The translations under genes were made by a program, and so were the position numbers. Positions 33,268 through 39,268 of a stretch of DNA of 39,268 bases are shown piece by piece; positions within the stretch are counted from its first letter, which is position 1; the number at the start of each line of letters is the position of its first letter. This DNA is from Klebsormidium nitens (taxonomy: Eukaryota > Plantae > Klebsormidiophyceae). Where the stretch lies: the NCBI GenBank assembly GCA_000708835.1, contig DF237679.1, positions 1 to 39,268 of the forward strand, in the 5' to 3' direction. Below the pieces are notes generated by a model. The model did no database searches, was not told the DNA's origin, and saw only the letters and a program-made list of their open reading frames with translations.

Positions 33268-36200
33268 TCAACTATCAAGAGTTGCGTTCAGCTGGGGGTC
33301 AAAGAACTGTAGACTATTGGAGAGCAGTGGCCACGTGTCCTCGACACGTGTGAGGCACCCCGGAGAGAACCAGACTTTGAGCAGCCGTTGCAGCCGCTCC
33401 TGCTCGCGCTGCCACAACCGGTACGGTTTCCGCAGCATCGGCAGCCGCACCGCCAGCTTCTCGAGCGCTTCGTTCGTCACCTCGTCGCAGTTGCACAGCC
33501 GCAGCGTCTGCAGCATTTTACACCCCCGGAACGCCGTCACCCCGGCATCCGTAAGCTTTCGCGGCGCGTGCCGGATCTCGACGTTGGATCGCGCTTCCAA
33601 AAAGATGAGCAGGAACGCGAGCTGTGGGCATGACGCCGCGATGCGCGCGGCGCCCGCGTTCGTAATCCCCTTCCCGATGCATAAGAGAGTCAAACTCGGG
33701 CACCCCGGTCGGAACCCCGCGCCGGTAACTTTATCGCAGCCACTCAGATTTAGCCACGCGAGCTGCTTGCACCGCTCCGCAATCTCGGCCACTCCTCTGT
33801 CCGACACGTTCTTGCAGCCCGTCAGGTCGAGCCGTCGCAGCGCGGTGCACGCCGTCGCGAGCGCCTCGAGGACCTCGTCGTCGGCTGCGAGGCATGCGCG
33901 GATGGAGAGCTCCTCGAGGCGCGGGAAAGCGGCGTAGCTGCCGCTCAGGAAGGAGAGGAGGCCGTCGCGCTTGAGGTAGCGGCAAAAGCCGAGGTTGAGC
34001 TTTTTGAGGGGGGAGAGGGGCAAGGAGGCGCCGGGCTGTGGGCAGGGGCGCTGCAAGTACAAAAGAGAAAAGCTTTGAGAGGGAGAATAGAGAACATGTT
34101 CGGAAAACAAGCATCGACATGAGCAGTTACGCAGATGGTCTTCTAAGTTAAGGAGGCAGAGAGGGGGACTTCGACATAACAGGAGAAAAGGAGCAAGTCG
34201 CCAAGCCCCTTCTGAGAAAGACATTCACCATCTCATAATGGGAAGAGGCAAAAACATAACGAAGCTATTCAAGGAGAAGCAGCGGCTAACACAAGGAGCA
34301 AAAGCTCGGCATCCAGCAGAAAGCAACGCCGTAGCCACGAGTCCCGAAAGCTAAACTACTTCCAAATGTGGCTCAGACTCCACTTCAAATTGCTCTCCTA
34401 CTGTTCAAAACTGCATGTTCGATTCGACTTACAAGCAAGGTGATGCGATCCGGCAGGTCGCTGCCAGGTCGCCGGAATGCCCTCAAAGCACGCGCATCAT
34501 GGGCGGACGTCCTTTAGAATCTTTTGTAACCGCTTGTGAAGCAGCTCGGTGGGGTCCGACAGGAGGCTCAACCATCGAGATAAGTTTGGAGTCAGGATTC
34601 CTGACCTGCACTTTGATGCACGTGTTGGAGAGGCGCAGCTGCTCCATTTGCGGGCACCCCGCCACGATATGCCCCAACAGGATGTCCGTGACGCCCTGGC
34701 AGTCCCGCAGGTCCAGCGCCCGCAGGTTGGCCGCCGCGCGCAGCGGGAACAGCACCGAGTCGTGGCGGTGGTCCACAGAAAGCCCGCGCCCGTCGATTAC
34801 GCCGCCCATGCGCAGCTTCTCCAGCTGGCGACACCCCTGGAGACGGAGACAAAAATGGAGGGGTTAAAGCGAGAAGATGGGGACGGTTGGTAGCAAGAAC
34901 GGTGGGTGGTCAAGAGAAGGGGAGAAGCCAGCAAAGAGGAGATGTTCGGCGGGAACGATGATTGTTGCGAAGAGCGGAGACACCTTAAGGAGAGGAAGCA
35001 CGTGTGACTGCCTTATACTAACTTCGTTATACCAACAGGACGCAAACCAAAAGTCATGCAATTGTCAGCTTTTGCGAAGCTGACAGGATGAGCCAGAAGA
35101 CAAACAGTGCAACAGAAGGCACCCACTCGCAGCCTTAACTTTCCAGTAACTTCTTTCTACGAATCACGTTCTGCTTGTTCCGTAGTGGTCGAGTTTTGCA
35201 GAAGCGCTGCCTTCCCTGTTGCGGGCACCACATACTCCTGCACAACCAGGGCCTGACTAAGATCATGCAATGGTCAGATTTCGTTTGAAAGCGGCCCCAC
35301 CTTGACGAGTCGATCCACCCCGTCCTGACTGAAGCTGCAGTCGCAGTAGTCCAGGCACAGCTCCTCTAGCGCGGAACACTTTTTCCCAATGCTTGCCAGC
35401 CACTCGTCTGACACCGTCTTCGCCATCGTCAGGTCTAAACACCGCAGCCCCCCCGCCGCCTCCCCAAGCGCCGCAATCCCCACGTGAGTCACGTGGTTGT
35501 ATCTTCCCGCCCCCCAGATGATCACTGTCCGCAGGTTCGGGCACCCTTTCGCTGCAAAAAGCTGCAGCCCGGAGTCCCGGATGCCTGAGACACACGCGAG
35601 CGACAGGTGGCGCAATCTCCTGCACCCGGCGCCGATGAGCGCAAGCCCCTCATCAGACCATCCGCTTGACCCGCTGAGGTCAAGCGTGGTTAACGTGGAA
35701 ATGAACCCAATTTCCTGGAGACCCCGGTTGCTCAGCCCCGAGCAATACGCAAGGTTTAGGTACTCCAGATGGGACGAGTACCGTGCGAGAGCCGCCAGCG
35801 CCGCATCGATCCCCTCGCAGCAGCGCTCCTCCGGCATCTTCTCCACCCCCCCTTCCTGGATCTCGCTCACCGACGGCAGGTAAACGTCCGTCAGCCCCTC
35901 CCCCCCGCTCAGGCTCTCCTCGTCGCTGCCCCCCTCCAGCTGGCCCTCTGCGATTGCGAGCGTGCCTTCCCCCTCTTTCTTCCCGGTTTCCTCTCGGAAC
36001 ACCCTGCGCAGGCCGAGGCGCCGCAGGTTGCTGCACTGTTGGGCGAGTAGAGCGATGCCTTTGGATGTGACGGAGCTGTACTCGCGGCTGCTGCCGTCCC
36101 CCCCAATGCTGATGTAGCTCCCGCAGCGAGGGGCATCCTGCATGGGACCTGGAATACAAGAAGGTGAACAACGTCAACATCAGGGTGGTACTGAGAGACG

Positions 36201-37138
36201 ATTTTAAGGTCTCGTGACAGACTGCCGATGCTTCATACTACAGAAACAACAAGAACTGCCAGGCTGGTGAAAACGTGATGACATTTGCGAGAGGGAACGT
36301 CTGGCGACATTTGGCTGAGCGATTGAAAGAGCGCCTCTGAGTTTGTCAGCTCAGACATACTAAGGTTACCACTGTGCATTATTGACATTCGTGTGGCAAA
36401 CCGTCTCACCACGCCACCTCCCTCCTTCTTCACACCTTTGTGAATCGCACTCCTAATTGGAAGTTGGAACTTTTGTTTCTCACCTGTTCCTTTGTCACCC
36501 TCTAGGAAGTTGTACCCCAAATCCACCGCCTCGAGCCCCGCACAGTGCTGCCCGATCGCAGCGAGGGCCTCGTCCGAGGTGCGGAAGCACCCCCCCTCCA
36601 GGGTCCGCGCCACTTTCAGCGAGGTCAGCCCTGGCAGAAGGCTCAGCAGGCTGCCGAGCTTCTCAGGGTCGCACTGCGGCAGGAGAAAGACCGAGCGGCT
36701 GCCAACCAGGATCTCCTTCCACTTGCGGCACACCGAGGCGATCACTTTCGAGCTCCCCCCCCCGGCCTTCTCAAAGATGGCCGCCAGGCACTCCTCCGGC
36801 AGCTGGTTGATCAAGTCCCCGCCCTGAGCCCCCACCCCGCCCGCCCTCACGTTCTTGCCCTTCCAGGACCCCCGCGCACCGGCCCGGCGGCCCCCCGCAA
36901 GGGGCGAAGAGCGAGATGACAGCACTAGTTGGTTTCGCAGCTCCGGCTCGCACTCACTTGCCGGGGGATCGCTCAGTTGGAGGGACCCTAACTCAAACTC
37001 TGCATGCTCCTTGTCTGATTCACCATCGTCTGCAAAGCGAGTCTTCCTGCGCCGCAGGGTGAAACAGCCCAGCCTGGAATGCCGTTCTGAGTGATCCCCC
37101 GCCGCTGCCGCCTCATCTCGGGACTGCCGAACCCCCAT
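33268..37138 (-). CDS. F-box/LRR-repeat protein (FBXL/RNI-like); exons 37138-36484, 36148-35301, 34836-34606, 34050-33268
   Basis: F-box LINQLPEECLAAIFEKA...VCRKWKEI; many LxxLxLxxCxxxTD repeats (LRRLDLTGCKNVSD, LAWLNLSGCDKVTG, LTTLDLSGSSGWSD); phases 1,0,0 consistent. Confidence 0.88.
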
Positions 37139-38579
37139 GCCGACTTGCTACAGGGCGTTGTTCAACCCGTCAATCTTTTGCTTGATGAGGTGCTGGAAAG
37201 GGCGGTCTACTCCGCTGCACTGGGTGTGTTACCGCACTGATAACATAGATGATTCATTCATCATTGTAGAACCCTCAGCGAATTGGCCCCCGATGGCTGC
37301 ATTTTGCGCAGAACAGACTCTCGAGCTGGTTTCTTTGCCTGATGATGCACCCCGGTGCGTACTCCATTATATGCCACTCCAATCGTGCTGCAAACAACAA
37401 GGTAACCCTAAGTCAAGAACGATAGCAGAGAGCTATGGACTTCATAAGACCAAGAGCTACTTTGGATTGCAGTATGCCCCATCAACCGACCAAAGAACGC
37501 CTGGCAATCAAGAAGTCTCATGTATCCAAACTATTAGATCAGGAGGAGAACAAACCTAAAACAGCAGCAAAGATAGACTCACGGTTTTGGGAAAGCTGCA
37601 AGATTCTAAAAACAACAAGTTTTGTTTCTGCCCTAAACTGGGATCTCCAAGTGCCAATGCATCAAGAGGAATAGCTGGCGGTGAGATGTAAAAACCCCAT
37701 TGATTTGTCCAAGTAGGGACCAATGGGCGCTGAGAAAAACTTTTTAGAGAGAGAGGAAGATGACAGGAGCGCACTGGAAGTGTCATGAGATTCAATAAAA
37801 CCAGAGTCGTGTCATGTGGTCACTCCTGTTTCAGATTAGGTACTCATGAAAACCTGCTCGGTCAACCAAAAGATTTGGTCAATGAAAGTCAAAGGGCTCA
37901 CATCGCAAGGAGCAACGGCGAAGCTCATCTAGTAGCAAGACACAAAACCACAATCCTCTTCCTTCCAGACATCCACAACAACACAAACACAGCACCGACC
38001 TCCGGTCAACACTTTCAGAGCGGTATGGCAGATTGCAGCTTAGGAGGTCCCTCAGACGACCTTCTTTGAAAAGGATGCATTTTCCCAGTGCACCCAATCC
38101 TTTGCGCAGTCAGACCGATCCTGCTCACCTTGTCAAGGGCTCCCTTCTCAGGTTGTGAAGTCTAATGAGCCCCTTTCCGAGTCCCTCCCTTGCCAAAACC
38201 CCAATTTCTCAAGTAGCTGGCCAAGGAGGACGCCACACCTTAGCCAGTCCCGAGTTGCTATATACCGGTATCAATGGCCTATCAGCCGCGCATCTTGACA
38301 TCAATGAAAAGCACAACAGCACAGCTTGTCCGCCATGCTGGTGCATGGGAGGACTGCTCGACAAGTAAGAGCCTTTTCAGCAAGATCTCGCCCAGAGGCC
38401 CTGAGAGGGTAGTCCTAGGCCCAGGGCCAGGGTCTAGATATGAGCCCATTCTCTTGAGGTGGTCGTGATCGAGTGAAGTGCACCTCGGTCCTCGGCTCAG
38501 GCTCTCTTGAGTCTCAGATCCAGGTGGACCGTCACCTCGACACTGTTGATCGTGCATGATGCACGCAGCACGTCACCTG

Positions 38580-39046
38580 GGTCGGGTTCACATTGGACTT
38601 TCTCAAAACTTTTATCGTGATTCGGTAGCTAGGACTAGGCTTGCGTCACTCGGCGTCACCCCGGCAGAGTCGGCGAGCTAACGGTCAATTCTTCGAACTT
38701 CAGAAGTTATCGAAGTCGAAAACCAACTCAAATCCGGGAGGCTATCGAAACGCGGTCGACGACCGCGTTTGGATAGCCCAATCACGATAAGTACAGGTTT
38801 GATATCGTCACGCCTCCGCCTTTGCTGACGGTTTTGTGTACTTAGTGTACTCAACCGATTCACGTGGTCGGTCACATGGCTCCGGCCGAGAGTTTTGAAT
38901 TACGATATGTATTTCGACGGACCAAATTGCAATGTGAACCCAGTCTAGCTATCGTTTCCGAAACTGCTAAAACGTCAGCATGGGTACTTCCAATTGCGAA
39001 TCATGGCAGACCGAATTAGGGCAGAAACTCCAATGTGAACCCGACC
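38580..39046. mobile_element. 467-bp MITE, PIF/Harbinger (Tourist)-like
   Basis: Perfect 18-bp TIR GGTCGGGTTCACATTGGA / TCCAATGTGAACCCGACC (24 bp with 1 mismatch); 3-bp TSD CTG at 38577-38579 and 39047-39049. Confidence 0.8.
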
Positions 39047-39268
39047 CTGCTAATTAATCGTGTGTTAATGATATCTAAGCCCGGTCGTATTGCCCCGGGC
39101 TTTTGGAAGCTAGAACTCGGCCTCGGGGCCCAAATCATCGGCGAAACTGGAGCCCCAGTGTAAATTCCAGAATATCGCTGCGACGGCCGGCTCGGGGCCA
39201 ACCGACCACTGTCCCTTCTACCTAGTCCTCGCTGGTACAATCACCGCTTCCCCACATGGTTTCATTTC

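Overview
Eukaryotic, GC-rich, intron-rich DNA; gene style suggests a streptophyte green alga such as Klebsormidium (inference only). (1) <1-7776: a tyrosine-recombinase (DIRS-order, PAT/TOC/kangaroo-like) retrotransposon with split direct repeats. Its YR gene is inverted relative to gag-pol, and its RT-RNaseH-methyltransferase pol appears to be joined to gag by removal of two GT-AG introns, the most unusual signal in the window. (2) 9142-13876 (-): a 7-exon MRS2/CorA Mg2+ transporter with a 46-bp intronic hairpin, head-to-head with (3) 14352-18972 (+): a 9-exon guanylate kinase whose GK domain lies between Kelch repeats. (4) 22.1-31.7 kb: an inverted, head-to-head pair of genes for a secreted 3x PAN/Apple + Pro/Thr-rich protein built from phase-1 exon modules; the minus copy is a pseudogene and the plus copy has an intronic CACAG-ended CACTA-like element. 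(5) 33268-37138 (-): a 4-exon F-box/LRR gene. (6) 38580-39046: a MITE with a CTG target-site duplication. All exon models were derived by hand from splice signals and frame continuity; no database search was run.
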